Source: an uncultured Pseudobdellovibrionaceae bacterium
Lineage (GTDB): Bacteria > Patescibacteriota > Minisyncoccia > Moranbacterales > GCA-2747515
DNA length: 64,000 bases
Reading direction: 5' to 3'
Assembly: GCA_964463705.1 (NCBI GenBank)
Contig: CAYXCH010000011.1
Location: 3,473-67,472 of the forward strand
In this document: piece after piece, positions 46,981-57,401 of the stretch
How positions within the stretch are numbered: position 1 is the first letter of the stretch
How the letters are laid out: each line of letters opens with the position of its first letter
Program-made: the position numbers and the translations under genes
The notes under the pieces: model-generated
Seen by the model: only the letters and a program-made list of their open reading frames with translations
Databases searched by the model: none
Told to the model about the DNA's origin: nothing

Positions 46981-48972
46981 ATGGGGATTGTGGCGATGCA
47001 AAAAGTTCGGTTGATTGTGCACAGTGAGGATGCGTCACCGGCATTTGAAGCGCTGCAAAAACTTGGGGCAATATCGTTACGGGAAGTTCCGCGCGACATG
47101 GCGGAGTCATTGACACGAGCACCGGCGGAGGAGTTCCCGTTTCACTATGAGAGTGCTCGCGTGGAAGCGGCATTGGCATTTCTTCATCCGTATGCCGATG
47201 AGGGAGGCACATTGGCGGCAATGGTGGAGGGAACAAAAGAGCGTATTACGGAAGATGATGTCAAACAGGCGATGAAGTCACTGGAATCATTGGAGGGAGT
47301 AGAGGAGGCATTGTCTGTTCAGAAATCCCTTAATGATTCGCAGAAAGCGTTGCGGTCGCTGCGAAAGGAGTATGCACAACTGGAGCCGTGGAAGGTGGTA
47401 CCGATCGCACAGCGTGCCGCCGCATCAACGGCATCTACTCGAACGGTATGGGTGTTGCGAGAGCGTGTGCCACGAGATGATTCATCACATCGGGCATTGG
47501 CGCAGGCGTTGCGATCTGCAGATATGGCGGCGCATATTGTGCGTGTGGATGCGCAACGAGCGGTGGTTACGGTATATGCGCCGGAAGATGCTGCAATGGA
47601 ACACTTGCGCTCGGTATTGAAATCTTTATCCTATGAAGACGTATCGTTGCCATCTCCCGAGGAAACACCGCTTCGTGCGTGTAAACGGATAACTCGCGCC
47701 ATTCGTGAGACGGAGGCGGAGATGAAGCGATTGCAGGCGCGGGCGCGAACACTGGCAGCACAGGTGCCGTCATTGAAAATTCTCAGTGATGTATTGTTAT
47801 GGAAGCGTCAACAACATGACGTGGAACGTGCGGCATATCGGACACAACAAACGATGGTATACGATGGATGGATTCCTCGCGCGGCACTGGATCATGTGCG
47901 GACGGCAGTGGAAGCGGTAGCTCCGGCGGCGGCGGTGATTCCCATTGATCCCGAGCCGGGAGAGGAGCCACCGGTGGAGATTGCAAATGGTCCCGCGGTA
48001 CGACCGTTTGAGGTAATTACAAGACTGTACGGCTTGCCGGGTGCGAGAGATGTGGATCCGACACCATATTTGGCGGGATTTTTCTTTGTGTTTTTCGGGT
48101 TTTGTTTGACGGATGTCGGATACGGGGCGATTTTGGCGATATTGACGGGATACATATTATATCGGTACCGTGTATCGGAGTCCCTGAAACCGATGTTGCA
48201 ACTGTTGTTTCTCGGTGGAATCGCGTCACTGTTGGCGGGGCTGTTCTTTGGCGGATATTTTGGTGTGTCTATGGAACAGATGCCCGAGCCGTTGCGTGCG
48301 ATTCAGGTATTTGATCCGATTGCCAATCCAATTCCGGTGTTTTTATTTGCGCTGGCCTTGGGTGTCATTCAAGTGATGGCGGGACTGTGTGTGGCAATTA
48401 TCCGCGGTGTTCGTACCGGTGATCCATGGGGAGCGGTGGCGGATAACGGTCCATGGTTGGCGTTGTTTATATCATTGATTGTTTTCGGAGCGACACGTGC
48501 CGGTATACTCTCTGTTCCCCATGTGGAAATGGCGATCTATGCATCGGTGGTGGCGATTATATTGACACAGGGACGACGGGAGTCTTCACTGTTTATGAAG
48601 TTCTTCAAGGGAGTGACGAGTTTGTATGACAGCGTGTCATATTTTGCGGATATCCTGTCATACTCACGTTTATTGGCACTGGGGTTGGCAACGAGTGCGT
48701 TGGCATTTGCCATCAATCTTATCGCGGGTATGGTGGCGGGACCGGAAGGAGAGCGGACCATCGTTGGAATGATATTTGCCGGTGTGGTGCTGGTTGTCGG
48801 ACATCTTTTCAATCTTGCCATCAATGCGTTCGGTGCGTTTATTCATAGCGCTCGATTGCAGTTTGTGGAGTTTTTCGGCAAATTTCTTGTCGGAACGGGT
48901 ACGCCGTTTGTGCCGTTTGAGCGCACGGCACGCCATACGGTATTGACGGAGGATCGTGTACGGTTGGACTGA
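46981..48972 (+). CDS. ntpI: A/V-type ATPase subunit I (a)
   Basis: YGLPG..DPTP, DVGYG, DILSYSRLLALGLA and HSARLQFVEFF motifs. Confidence 0.96.
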   Translation: MGIVAMQKVRLIVHSEDASPAFEALQKLGAISLREVPRDMAESLTRAPAEEFPFHYESARVEAALAFLHPYADEGGTLAAMVEGTKERITEDDVKQAMKSLESLEGVEEALSVQKSLNDSQKALRSLRKEYAQLEPWKVVPIAQRAAASTASTRTVWVLRERVPRDDSSHRALAQALRSADMAAHIVRVDAQRAVVTVYAPEDAAMEHLRSVLKSLSYEDVSLPSPEETPLRACKRITRAIRETEAEMKRLQARARTLAAQVPSLKILSDVLLWKRQQHDVERAAYRTQQTMVYDGWIPRAALDHVRTAVEAVAPAAAVIPIDPEPGEEPPVEIANGPAVRPFEVITRLYGLPGARDVDPTPYLAGFFFVFFGFCLTDVGYGAILAILTGYILYRYRVSESLKPMLQLLFLGGIASLLAGLFFGGYFGVSMEQMPEPLRAIQVFDPIANPIPVFLFALALGVIQVMAGLCVAIIRGVRTGDPWGAVADNGPWLALFISLIVFGATRAGILSVPHVEMAIYASVVAIILTQGRRESSLFMKFFKGVTSLYDSVSYFADILSYSRLLALGLATSALAFAINLIAGMVAGPEGERTIVGMIFAGVVLVVGHLFNLAINAFGAFIHSARLQFVEFFGKFLVGTGTPFVPFERTARHTVLTEDRVRLD

Positions 48973-49033
48973 TCACGTGAGCGCATCGCGGGATCTGAGA
49001 AGTGTACACGTTATTCGTTAATCAATCACACAT

Positions 49034-49513
49034 ATGGACATTACGTTCGCGGTAAGTCTGGTGTTCGTCGGCGCGGCGATCGCCTCGGTACTGGGCTTTA
49101 TCGGAAGTACGCTCGGAATGGGCTATGCCGGATTGGCCGGCAGTGGTGTAACGGCAGAGAAGCCGGAGCTGTTCGGTCGCATGCTGTTAATGCAAGCGTT
49201 ACCGGGATCACAGGGAATTTACGGCCTGGTGGGAGCGTTCTTAATCTTGAATTTCTCCGGTGTTCTTGCCGGTGGAATTGAGGCGATGACAGTCGGAACG
49301 GCATTGCAATATCTGTTTGCCGGTATTCCGATCGGACTGGCCGGATTGCTTTCCGGAATTTATCAGGGGAAAGTGGCGGCGGCCGGCATTACGATGATTG
49401 CGAAAGATGAAAGCAATACCGCCAAGGCGATGATTCTCGCGGCGATGATTGAGACATGGGCAATCTTCGGTCTGTTGATCAGCTTTATTCTATTGACCTC
49501 AATCGGAAAGTAA
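49034..49513 (+). CDS. ntpK: A/V-type ATPase subunit K (c), 4-TM form
   Basis: LPGSQGIYG, SGIYQGKVAAAG and MIETWAIF motifs. Confidence 0.96.
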   Translation: MDITFAVSLVFVGAAIASVLGFIGSTLGMGYAGLAGSGVTAEKPELFGRMLLMQALPGSQGIYGLVGAFLILNFSGVLAGGIEAMTVGTALQYLFAGIPIGLAGLLSGIYQGKVAAAGITMIAKDESNTAKAMILAAMIETWAIFGLLISFILLTSIGK

Positions 49514-49514
49514 T

Positions 49515-50075
49515 ATGGCGTTGAACGATATTACACAAAAGATTGCGGAGGCGGCACAGGAGCGAGCGAAGGAGATTGTGTCGGAGGCACGGGCGCAAGA
49601 ACGTGAAATTGTTGACGCTGCGACGCAGACATGTGCGGATACCGCTGCGGCCCGCGAGGCGGAACAGAAGGAGGAGTTTGCACGGTTTGAACGCATGGAA
49701 ATGTCACAAGCGCGGAGACAAGCGCGGACGTTGCGGGCGGCGGCGCGTCGGGCGGTGTTGGATCGGGCATTTAATGATGTTTTACAAATGTTGCGTGATG
49801 ACGCATCGGCAATGCGGTCGTTTCTTGCGGAACGAATTGCATCGGTGCCGGCATCAGATATTCGTGCTATTCGTGTGGCACCGGCACATCGGGAGATTGC
49901 GGCCGAACTATGTGCAAGTCACGGAATTACCATTCCATGCACCGAGGATGAAGCCGTACCAGATGGCATGATTGTAGAGACGGAAACAGTCACGTATGAC
50001 CTGACACTGACACGAGCGGCGGAGGATGCGCGACCGCGTATGGATGCGGCGGGAATAACGGCGATGACGGTATGA
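49515..50075 (+). CDS. ntpE: A/V-type ATPase subunit E
   Basis: MALNDITQKI..EA coiled coil; operon position. Confidence 0.82.
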   Translation: MALNDITQKIAEAAQERAKEIVSEARAQEREIVDAATQTCADTAAAREAEQKEEFARFERMEMSQARRQARTLRAAARRAVLDRAFNDVLQMLRDDASAMRSFLAERIASVPASDIRAIRVAPAHREIAAELCASHGITIPCTEDEAVPDGMIVETETVTYDLTLTRAAEDARPRMDAAGITAMTV

Positions 50076-51067
50076 CGGGTGATGCGTACATCTACGCCAA
50101 TGCGCGAATTGCGGCGTTACGATCTCAACTGTTAAGTACGGCACAGCTGGAGTTGCTCCTGAGTGCCAAAACGGCAGATGAGGCCTTTGATGCGCTCAAC
50201 GGAACATTTTTGGCGCCGTATATCGCTCGCGGGGATCGTTCGCAGCTGGCACGCATGGTTCGTAAAAGTTTGAGTGCCGCAAAGCGACTGATTGTGCAGA
50301 TTGTTCCGGACGATCGCCCGTTTCACGTGTTGTGGATGCGTTATGATTTCTTCAATCTTAAAACGATTGTCAAGGGACGTCGGGCGCAGTTGAAAGATGA
50401 GGAAATTCTGGAGCGATGTTTTCATGCGGCACAAATTGCACCGGATCGTCTTCTTGCGGCAGTGGATGCCGATGATGTGGCGCGGCTGGATACGCGGTTA
50501 GGTGCGGCATATGATGCGATGCGCTCCGCCACCCATGTCTATGACATTGATCGTGCATCCAATCTTGGGTACTTGCAAGCGGTGGCGGAACGGGCGCAAC
50601 ACTGTCGCGAGCCGTTCGTGCGAGATTATGCTCGTCGGGTGATTGATTATTACAATCTCGGAACACAATTACGTATTGCATCTTTGGCATTGGATGTGGA
50701 TCCGGCAGCGGTATTTGCACCGGGAGGGACAATTGCATTGTCGGAACTATCTTCGCAAGAGGCGATACTGGCACGGTATGCGACAATGGATGGCGGACCG
50801 AGTATTTGGCGAGATGCAATCGCAACATTTACCGAAACGAAAAATTTTGCCGTGATGGAGAAGGCGGCGGACGATGCGTTATTGCATTTTATCACCGCGT
50901 ATCCGTCCACCATTGAATCAGTGGTTGGTGTATTTGCTTATTTTATCGCCTTGCGTAACAATATTCAGATTGTTCGTACGATTATTGCCGGAAAAGAGAG
51001 TGGAATGGGAGAGGCGGAATTACGACAAATCGTACGACGAGTATATACGGTATTGGGAGACGTATGA
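50072..51067 (+). CDS. ntpC: A/V-type ATPase subunit C (d)
   Basis: YIYANARIAALRSQLL, YDFFNLKTIVKG, VRTIIAGK. Confidence 0.9.
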   Translation: MTGDAYIYANARIAALRSQLLSTAQLELLLSAKTADEAFDALNGTFLAPYIARGDRSQLARMVRKSLSAAKRLIVQIVPDDRPFHVLWMRYDFFNLKTIVKGRRAQLKDEEILERCFHAAQIAPDRLLAAVDADDVARLDTRLGAAYDAMRSATHVYDIDRASNLGYLQAVAERAQHCREPFVRDYARRVIDYYNLGTQLRIASLALDVDPAAVFAPGGTIALSELSSQEAILARYATMDGGPSIWRDAIATFTETKNFAVMEKAADDALLHFITAYPSTIESVVGVFAYFIALRNNIQIVRTIIAGKESGMGEAELRQIVRRVYTVLGDV

Positions 51068-51408
51068 GTACAAAAGATACCTACAGAATTGCCATTGTCG
51101 GACCGCAACGCGTTATTACCGTGTTTGCGGCATTGGGAGTGGAGATTCATTCTGCGGATGATGCAGAATCCGCTGCACGGGTGATTCGTACATTGATTGA
51201 CCATACCGCCGACGGTACGGCACGGTACGCGGTGGTGGCGGTAATGGAGGATTTGTTGGAGGCGCTTCCGGAAAAGGATTATGTGCAACTCACACGACAG
51301 ACGTTGCCGGCGATTGTGGCGGTGCCCAGCGCTCGTGGCAGTACGGGGTTTGCGCGGCAGCGCTTGCGTGCGTGCACGATTCGCGCCATTGGCAGTGATT
51401 TGATGTAA
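51064..51408 (+). CDS. A/V-type ATPase subunit F
   Basis: IAIVG..FAALGV..PAIVAVP..RAIGSD. Confidence 0.9.
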   Translation: MSTKDTYRIAIVGPQRVITVFAALGVEIHSADDAESAARVIRTLIDHTADGTARYAVVAVMEDLLEALPEKDYVQLTRQTLPAIVAVPSARGSTGFARQRLRACTIRAIGSDLM

Positions 51409-51413
51409 GTTAG

Positions 51414-53204
51414 ATGACGTTTACGAGTATGACAACACAACACAGCACCATTACACGCGTAACCGGTCCGCTGGTGGAAGCCGACGGAATGCGGGACGCA
51501 AAGATGTACGAGGTCGTTTTTGTCGGCACGGAGCGCCTTATGGGTGAGGTGATTCAGCTGCATGGAGACCGAGCATCCATTCAGGTATATGAAGAGACCG
51601 CCGGAATCGGACCCGGACAGACAGTGGAACGTACCGGACGAACAATGAGCGCCGCGCTGGCGCCGGGATTGCTGACGTCTATTTATGATGGAGTGCAACG
51701 TCCGTTGAGTGCCATTCAGGAACAGTCCGGAAGCCACTATATCGCTCGCGGCATTATGGCGGATGCGTTGGATCGGAAGCGTCGCTGGGAGTTTACACCG
51801 ACGGTAACGAAGGGAGAAACGGTTCGGGCCGGTGATGTGTTGGGAATGGTACAGGAGACAACGTTGATTGAGCATAAAGTAATGGTACCGCCGCATATTA
51901 CGCAGGCAACGGTGGAGATGATTGCCTCCGCCGGAGAGTATACGATTGAAGATACGATTGCACAGTTGCGCAGTGATGAAGGCAATGAGGAAGAGGTGGC
52001 GATGTTGCAGTACTGGCCGATTCGCGTCCCGCGACCTGTTCATGGAAAAATCTTTCCGAAGGAGCCGTTGGTGACGGGAGGGCGCAGCATTGATACGTTT
52101 TTCCCGATTGCCAAAGGAGGTGCCGGGTGTATCCCGGGTCCGTTCGGTGCGGGAAAGACGGTGACGCAACAGAGTTTGGCAAAGTACTGTGATGCGCAGG
52201 TGATTGTATATGTTGGATGCGGAGAGCGAGGAAACGAGATGACGGAAGTGTTGGATGAGTTTCCGCATTTGAAAGATCCCAACACCGGAGAGCCGTTGAT
52301 GAAGCGCACAGTGTTGATCGCGAATACGTCAAATATGCCGGTGGCGGCGCGAGAGGCATCTATTTACACGGGAATTACCATTGCAGAGTACTATCGTGAC
52401 ATGGGATACAGTGTTGCATTGATGGCGGACTCCACCAGTCGTTGGGCGGAAGCGATGCGAGAGATCTCCGGTCGGCTGGAGGAAATGCCCGGAGAAGAAG
52501 GGTATCCGGCATACTTGTCATCACGAACGGCGGAGTTTTATGAGCGTGCGGGAATGGTGACGTGTTTGGGAAGCGAACAACGAACCGGAGCGCTAACGGT
52601 TATCGGTGCGGTATCGCCACCGGGCGGTGACCTTTCGGAGCCGGTGACACAATCCACACTGCGAGTGACGAAGTGTTTTTGGGGACTGGATTCCGCGCTG
52701 GCATATAAGAAGCACTTTCCATCCATTAACTGGTTAACATCGTATTCCTTGTATGCGGAGAACTTTACGCAGTACTGGCGAGAGCATCTTGGAGAGGATT
52801 TTGTTCAACTGCGTGCCGACGCCCTGGAAGTGTTGCAGCGGGAAGCGAAGCTGATGGAAATTGTTCGGCTTGTCGGTATGGAGGCATTGTCAAATGAAGA
52901 AAAATTGACATTGGAAGTGGCGCGAGCGTTGCGTGAGGATTTTCTGTTTCAGAATGCGTTTGATCCGGATGATGCGTATACGCCACCGCAGAAGCAGTAT
53001 GAGATTCTGAAGTCTATTATGACACTGCTGTATGCCGGGCGAGAAGTCGTTACCGGGGAAGACTTTGATTTTTCAGCGGTGCGAGCGCTGGACAGCGTTA
53101 AGAAGATTCCGCAGTTGAAGGATTTTTCCGGTGATGATCTTGCGCGGCAATACGAAGAGTTCCGTACGCAGCTGCGAGCGGAGTTGGCGCAATTGAAACA
53201 GTAA
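51414..53204 (+). CDS. ntpA: A/V-type ATPase catalytic subunit A
   Basis: GPFGAGKT, GCGERGNEM, ANTSNMPVAARE and EEGYPAYL motifs; no intein. Confidence 0.99.
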   Translation: MTFTSMTTQHSTITRVTGPLVEADGMRDAKMYEVVFVGTERLMGEVIQLHGDRASIQVYEETAGIGPGQTVERTGRTMSAALAPGLLTSIYDGVQRPLSAIQEQSGSHYIARGIMADALDRKRRWEFTPTVTKGETVRAGDVLGMVQETTLIEHKVMVPPHITQATVEMIASAGEYTIEDTIAQLRSDEGNEEEVAMLQYWPIRVPRPVHGKIFPKEPLVTGGRSIDTFFPIAKGGAGCIPGPFGAGKTVTQQSLAKYCDAQVIVYVGCGERGNEMTEVLDEFPHLKDPNTGEPLMKRTVLIANTSNMPVAAREASIYTGITIAEYYRDMGYSVALMADSTSRWAEAMREISGRLEEMPGEEGYPAYLSSRTAEFYERAGMVTCLGSEQRTGALTVIGAVSPPGGDLSEPVTQSTLRVTKCFWGLDSALAYKKHFPSINWLTSYSLYAENFTQYWREHLGEDFVQLRADALEVLQREAKLMEIVRLVGMEALSNEEKLTLEVARALREDFLFQNAFDPDDAYTPPQKQYEILKSIMTLLYAGREVVTGEDFDFSAVRALDSVKKIPQLKDFSGDDLARQYEEFRTQLRAELAQLKQ

Positions 53205-53225
53205 TCGGCACTAACAATCAAACCT

Positions 53226-54617
53226 ATGACAACTGTGTGCAAAGAGTACAAAACCGTTCGTGCCGTAGAAGGGCCGCTGCTGATTGTGGATGGCGTGGAC
53301 GGCGCAACATATGAGGAAATCGTGGAGGTACGCGTTCCCGGAGAATCGCAAGTACGTCGCGGAAAAGTATTGGATATTAACGGTGATCGGGCAGTGGTGC
53401 AGATGTTTGCTCCGACTGCCGGTGTACAAACGGCGGAGACAACCGTACGATTTTTGGGGACGACGGCTCGGTTTGGAATGTCTCCGGAATTGTTAGGGCG
53501 TATCTTTAACGGGAACGGTGATCCTATTGACGGCGGTGAGCCGATTGTTGCGGAGACGGAAGTGGATATTGCGGGAGCGGCGATTAATCCGTATGCTCGT
53601 GAGTTTCCCAATGATTTTATTCAGACGGGAATTTCATCCATTGATGTCATGAATACATTGGTCCGTGGACAGAAGTTGCCGATTTTCTCCGGTGCCGGAT
53701 TACCGCACGCACGATTGGCGGCGCAAATTGCTCGGCAGGCGAAAGTGACTGATGGTGCGGAGTTTGCCATCGTGTTTGCCACACTGGGTGTGACGTTTGA
53801 GGAAGCGGAGTTTTTCCGTCGCACATTGGAGGAGACCGGTGCGTTGGAGCGCAGCGTGTTGTTTATCAACACCGCCGCCGATCCGGTGGTGGAGCGAATT
53901 GCCACTCCGCGGTTGGCGCTATCTACGGCGGAGTACCTGGCGTTTGAGCGTGATATGCACGTGTTGGTAATCCTTACGGACATGACCAACTACTGTGAAG
54001 CGTTGCGTGAGGTATCCAGTGCGCGAAAGGAAGTACCGGGACGTCGCGGATATCCGGGCTATCTGTATACGGATCTTTCCACGATGTATGAACGCGCCGG
54101 ACGCGTGAAAGGAAAGAAGGGAACAATCACACAGATTCCGATTTTGACAATGCCGGATGACGATAAGACACACCCGGTTCCGGATTTGACGGGATACATT
54201 ACCGAGGGACAGTTTGTGATTTCTCGGGAACTATACACACAGGGAATTCTGCCTCCGGTGGATGTTCAGGGAAGCCTTTCTCGTCTGTGGAGTGCCGGTG
54301 TCGGTGAAGGAAAGACGCGTGAAGATCATGCTAGCTTGAAAGATCAGTTGTTTGCTTCTTATGCCACGGGGCGTGAAGCGCGAGAGTTGGCGGTGGTACT
54401 GGGAGAGTCTTCGCTCAGTGATGAGGATAAGGCGCATGTCGCTTTTGCCGATGCGTTTGAGAAGGAGTTTATCGCACAAGGAGAGATGGAGGAGCGAGAA
54501 GTCACGGCATCACTGGATTTGGGATGGAAGTTGCTAACATTGTTGCCGCGGGAGAGTCTCAAGCGTGTTAAGGAAGAGATGATTGAGAAATATCTTCCAT
54601 CAAAAGATGCAAAGTAA
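53226..54617 (+). CDS. ntpB: A/V-type ATPase subunit B
   Basis: [24 protein letters not shown] and [11 protein letters not shown] motifs. Confidence 0.99.
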   Translation: MTTVCKEYKTVRAVEGPLLIVDGVDGATYEEIVEVRVPGESQVRRGKVLDINGDRAVVQMFAPTAGVQTAETTVRFLGTTARFGMSPELLGRIFNGNGDPIDGGEPIVAETEVDIAGAAINPYAREFPNDFIQTGISSIDVMNTLVRGQKLPIFSGAGLPHARLAAQIARQAKVTDGAEFAIVFATLGVTFEEAEFFRRTLEETGALERSVLFINTAADPVVERIATPRLALSTAEYLAFERDMHVLVILTDMTNYCEALREVSSARKEVPGRRGYPGYLYTDLSTMYERAGRVKGKKGTITQIPILTMPDDDKTHPVPDLTGYITEGQFVISRELYTQGILPPVDVQGSLSRLWSAGVGEGKTREDHASLKDQLFASYATGREARELAVVLGESSLSDEDKAHVAFADAFEKEFIAQGEMEEREVTASLDLGWKLLTLLPRESLKRVKEEMIEKYLPSKDAK

Positions 54618-54631
54618 TTGTCTTCACGACT

Positions 54632-55264
54632 ATGATCTTAAAAGTCAATCCCACACGCATTAACCTCCTTAATCTCAAAAAGGAGTTGAAAATTGCAAAG
54701 CGTGGGCACAAGTTGCTTAAAGACAAGCGGGACGGACTCATGAAGCAATTCATGGCGATGATTCGTCAGACACGGCAATTGCGTGATGATGTGGAGGCGC
54801 GGATTGGAACGGCATTTGCATCTTATGCGCGGGCGGAAGCGATGATGCCGCCCGCCGTAGTGGAGAATGCCTTTGTTCTTCCCAATGCAAATATTTCCTT
54901 GGAGGTCAGCACACGAAGTGTTATGAGTGTGGAGATTCCGCAGTTTACTGTACGGAAAGAGGGAACGGCGCTTTCTTACGGGTTCTTGGAAACAACGGGA
55001 GATTTGGATGCGGCAATCGCGGCATTTGATGATGTATTTGAGGACCTGATACGGCTGGCGCAAATGGAGCGAGCGGTAGAGAAGATGGCGCAAGAAATTG
55101 AGCGCACTCGACGTCGGGTAAGTGCGTTGGAGCATATCCGCATTCCCAATCTTAATGATACAATTCGCTTTATTTCCATGCAGCTGGAAGAGCGAAATCG
55201 GGATGCGGTAGTGGCGACAATGCGTGTGAAGGCGATGATTGAAGCAAAGTCTGTTGGTGCGTAA
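54632..55264 (+). CDS. ntpD: A/V-type ATPase subunit D
   Basis: NPTRINL, GHKLLKDKRD and TRRRVSALE motifs. Confidence 0.97.
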   Translation: MILKVNPTRINLLNLKKELKIAKRGHKLLKDKRDGLMKQFMAMIRQTRQLRDDVEARIGTAFASYARAEAMMPPAVVENAFVLPNANISLEVSTRSVMSVEIPQFTVRKEGTALSYGFLETTGDLDAAIAAFDDVFEDLIRLAQMERAVEKMAQEIERTRRRVSALEHIRIPNLNDTIRFISMQLEERNRDAVVATMRVKAMIEAKSVGA

Positions 55265-55304
55265 TCTTTTCGTATGGTATACTATACTCATACGGAATAC
55301 ACAT

Positions 55305-56354
55305 ATGACACAAACAACATCTTCTCATGATAAGGACGTACGCCAGCGAGTACGATCGCGTCGTATCGCGCTGGTGATTTTAACAGCGCTGGTGATTTTG
55401 GGTGCCGTAGTTATTGCTCGTCGTGTTGTTCCAATGGTAACAAAAACGGCGACGACTTCCGGACCTCCGCACGCTGCGGTGATACAAGGTATGCCGGAGG
55501 GGGTAATGGATGGACCACCGGCACAAGCACGTGCCATGGTAAAATCTGTTGATGCGCCGGTTCGTGTGAGCGGTGCGGACGGTGTGCAGGATGATGCGGT
55601 AACGGTTTCCGATACCGATGCGGAAATGGAACGAAAAATCATTCGCCGGGCGGATATTGAAGTGGTTGTGGAAGATTTGGATACGTTCCGAGAAGAATTA
55701 ACACATATCGCACAGCGTTACAACGGATACATTGCGACACTCTGGTTGGCGGCGGTAGATTCTCGACGGCCACACTTGACAGTGGATGTTGTTGTGGAGA
55801 GTGAGCGATTTAATGATGCTCTTCGCGATGTTCGGTCCTCTGCCGTGACGGTAAAGTCCGAAAGAGTCAGTGCCAATGATGCAACAAGGCGGTATGTGGA
55901 TATGAACGCGACGTTGCGAAATCTTCACGCGGAAGAGGAAGCATTTGCCACGCTGTTGGAACGAGCCAGCGCGGCGGGAGAGTGGACAGATGTCATATCA
56001 ATAATGCGAGAACTTTCTCGCGTTCGAGGAGAGATTGAACGTACCACCGCACAGTTTAAAGCGTTAAACAATCGTATAGAAACAGCAGAAATTTCCATTG
56101 TTGCAATGCAACAACTTCGTGCTGTTCCGACAGAAAACTCATGGCGTCCCGGTGATGTGATACGGTCATCTTTCCATGATTTGATTGTTCGCGCCCAGGG
56201 AATGGCAAACGCGGCGTTGCGATTTTTGACACTGTTTGTTCCGTTGTTCTTGCTCTGGATTATTGTGATTGCAGTGGTGTGGCGAGTGACACGTCCGATG
56301 CGCACATGGTTGTTCCGTGTGGTGCGCAAGGTGGCGGAACGCACTCATCGGTAA
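55305..56354 (+). CDS. DUF4349-like membrane protein
   Basis: TM helix, RKIIRRADIEVVV, DATRRYVD, coiled coil ELSRVRGEIE, C-terminal TM helix. Confidence 0.8.
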   Translation: MTQTTSSHDKDVRQRVRSRRIALVILTALVILGAVVIARRVVPMVTKTATTSGPPHAAVIQGMPEGVMDGPPAQARAMVKSVDAPVRVSGADGVQDDAVTVSDTDAEMERKIIRRADIEVVVEDLDTFREELTHIAQRYNGYIATLWLAAVDSRRPHLTVDVVVESERFNDALRDVRSSAVTVKSERVSANDATRRYVDMNATLRNLHAEEEAFATLLERASAAGEWTDVISIMRELSRVRGEIERTTAQFKALNNRIETAEISIVAMQQLRAVPTENSWRPGDVIRSSFHDLIVRAQGMANAALRFLTLFVPLFLLWIIVIAVVWRVTRPMRTWLFRVVRKVAERTHR

Positions 56355-56388
56355 ATACAATTCAAAGGAGGGGTAAACGAATAGACAT

Positions 56389-57324
56389 ATGGTACGATAC
56401 CCTCGCGTTGTTGTATATATAGCCATTATTATCAGTACACTGCTTCCCGCGATGTCACGGGCGGCACTATTGGCGGACGGAACAGCACAGTGGTCAAACA
56501 GTAGTGGGATGACAGTGACATTTACGCCACTGACCGATATTCCCGCCGGTGGTACGATTACATTGACGCTGCCGGAAACAGCGACCGTAACAGATGGATT
56601 TTTGTTTTACATGCCGCCCGATACCCCGGTAACGGTAACGGGGCAATCAGCAGTGAGTTTTGTGCGCAATGCCACGGACAACAGTGTTGCAATCTCATTG
56701 AGAGATCCGGCACCTGCCGGGACATCAATAACCGTGACCATGGATGTGCGGGTTGTCAGTGCATACACGGCATCTACGTATGCACAGGAGGCGATTGCAA
56801 TTAATATAACGGATACGAATGCCGCACCGCTGGATTACGGAGTGGCATTGCTCACCAATGACAACTCCACGCAAATTACCGCTACCGTTCCGTTATTGAT
56901 ATCAATGCGGGTGGATGATACCACAATGGACTTGGGGACACTTTCCGTATCGTCGGTAAAACATGCGCAACAAACATATACGATTAATGCAAACAATCGC
57001 ACCGGTGTGCATGTGTCAATTGTCGCCGATGGTCCGCTCCGCGATAATTCCGGAAATACGATTGATGCGGTGACAGACGGGACGGTAAGTGCGGGAAGTG
57101 AAGAGTATGGATTTACACTTGCCGCTGTGGATACCGCTATTACACCGCTATTTGATACGACGCAAGATCATGCGTTGCCGTATAGTGTAACTCGATTGGC
57201 GGAAACATCACAGCCGGTGGGCAATGCAACATTTGACCTTCTCTATAAAGCGGCAATCAGCGGTGATACCGTAGCGGGTAACTATACACAGACGGTAACG
57301 GTTACAATTGCCAGCAATAGTTGA
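56389..57324 (+). CDS. secreted Thr-rich beta-sandwich surface protein
   Basis: Signal peptide ending SRA/A; C-terminus AAISGDTVAGNYTQTVTVTIASN typical of pilin/WxL-like modules. Confidence 0.7.
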   Translation: MVRYPRVVVYIAIIISTLLPAMSRAALLADGTAQWSNSSGMTVTFTPLTDIPAGGTITLTLPETATVTDGFLFYMPPDTPVTVTGQSAVSFVRNATDNSVAISLRDPAPAGTSITVTMDVRVVSAYTASTYAQEAIAINITDTNAAPLDYGVALLTNDNSTQITATVPLLISMRVDDTTMDLGTLSVSSVKHAQQTYTINANNRTGVHVSIVADGPLRDNSGNTIDAVTDGTVSAGSEEYGFTLAAVDTAITPLFDTTQDHALPYSVTRLAETSQPVGNATFDLLYKAAISGDTVAGNYTQTVTVTIASNS

Positions 57325-57401
57325 GATTTGGAACGCTCGGTTGTATTGTTGAGTATTTGATAGTACCATGGTAGTAATGTACGGACTACGTTTCATATAC
57401 A

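Noticed and set aside
56365-56377. AAGGAGGGGTAAA shared with 41168-41180
   Set aside because: Explained as RBS-like sequence; no similarity beyond about 13 nt
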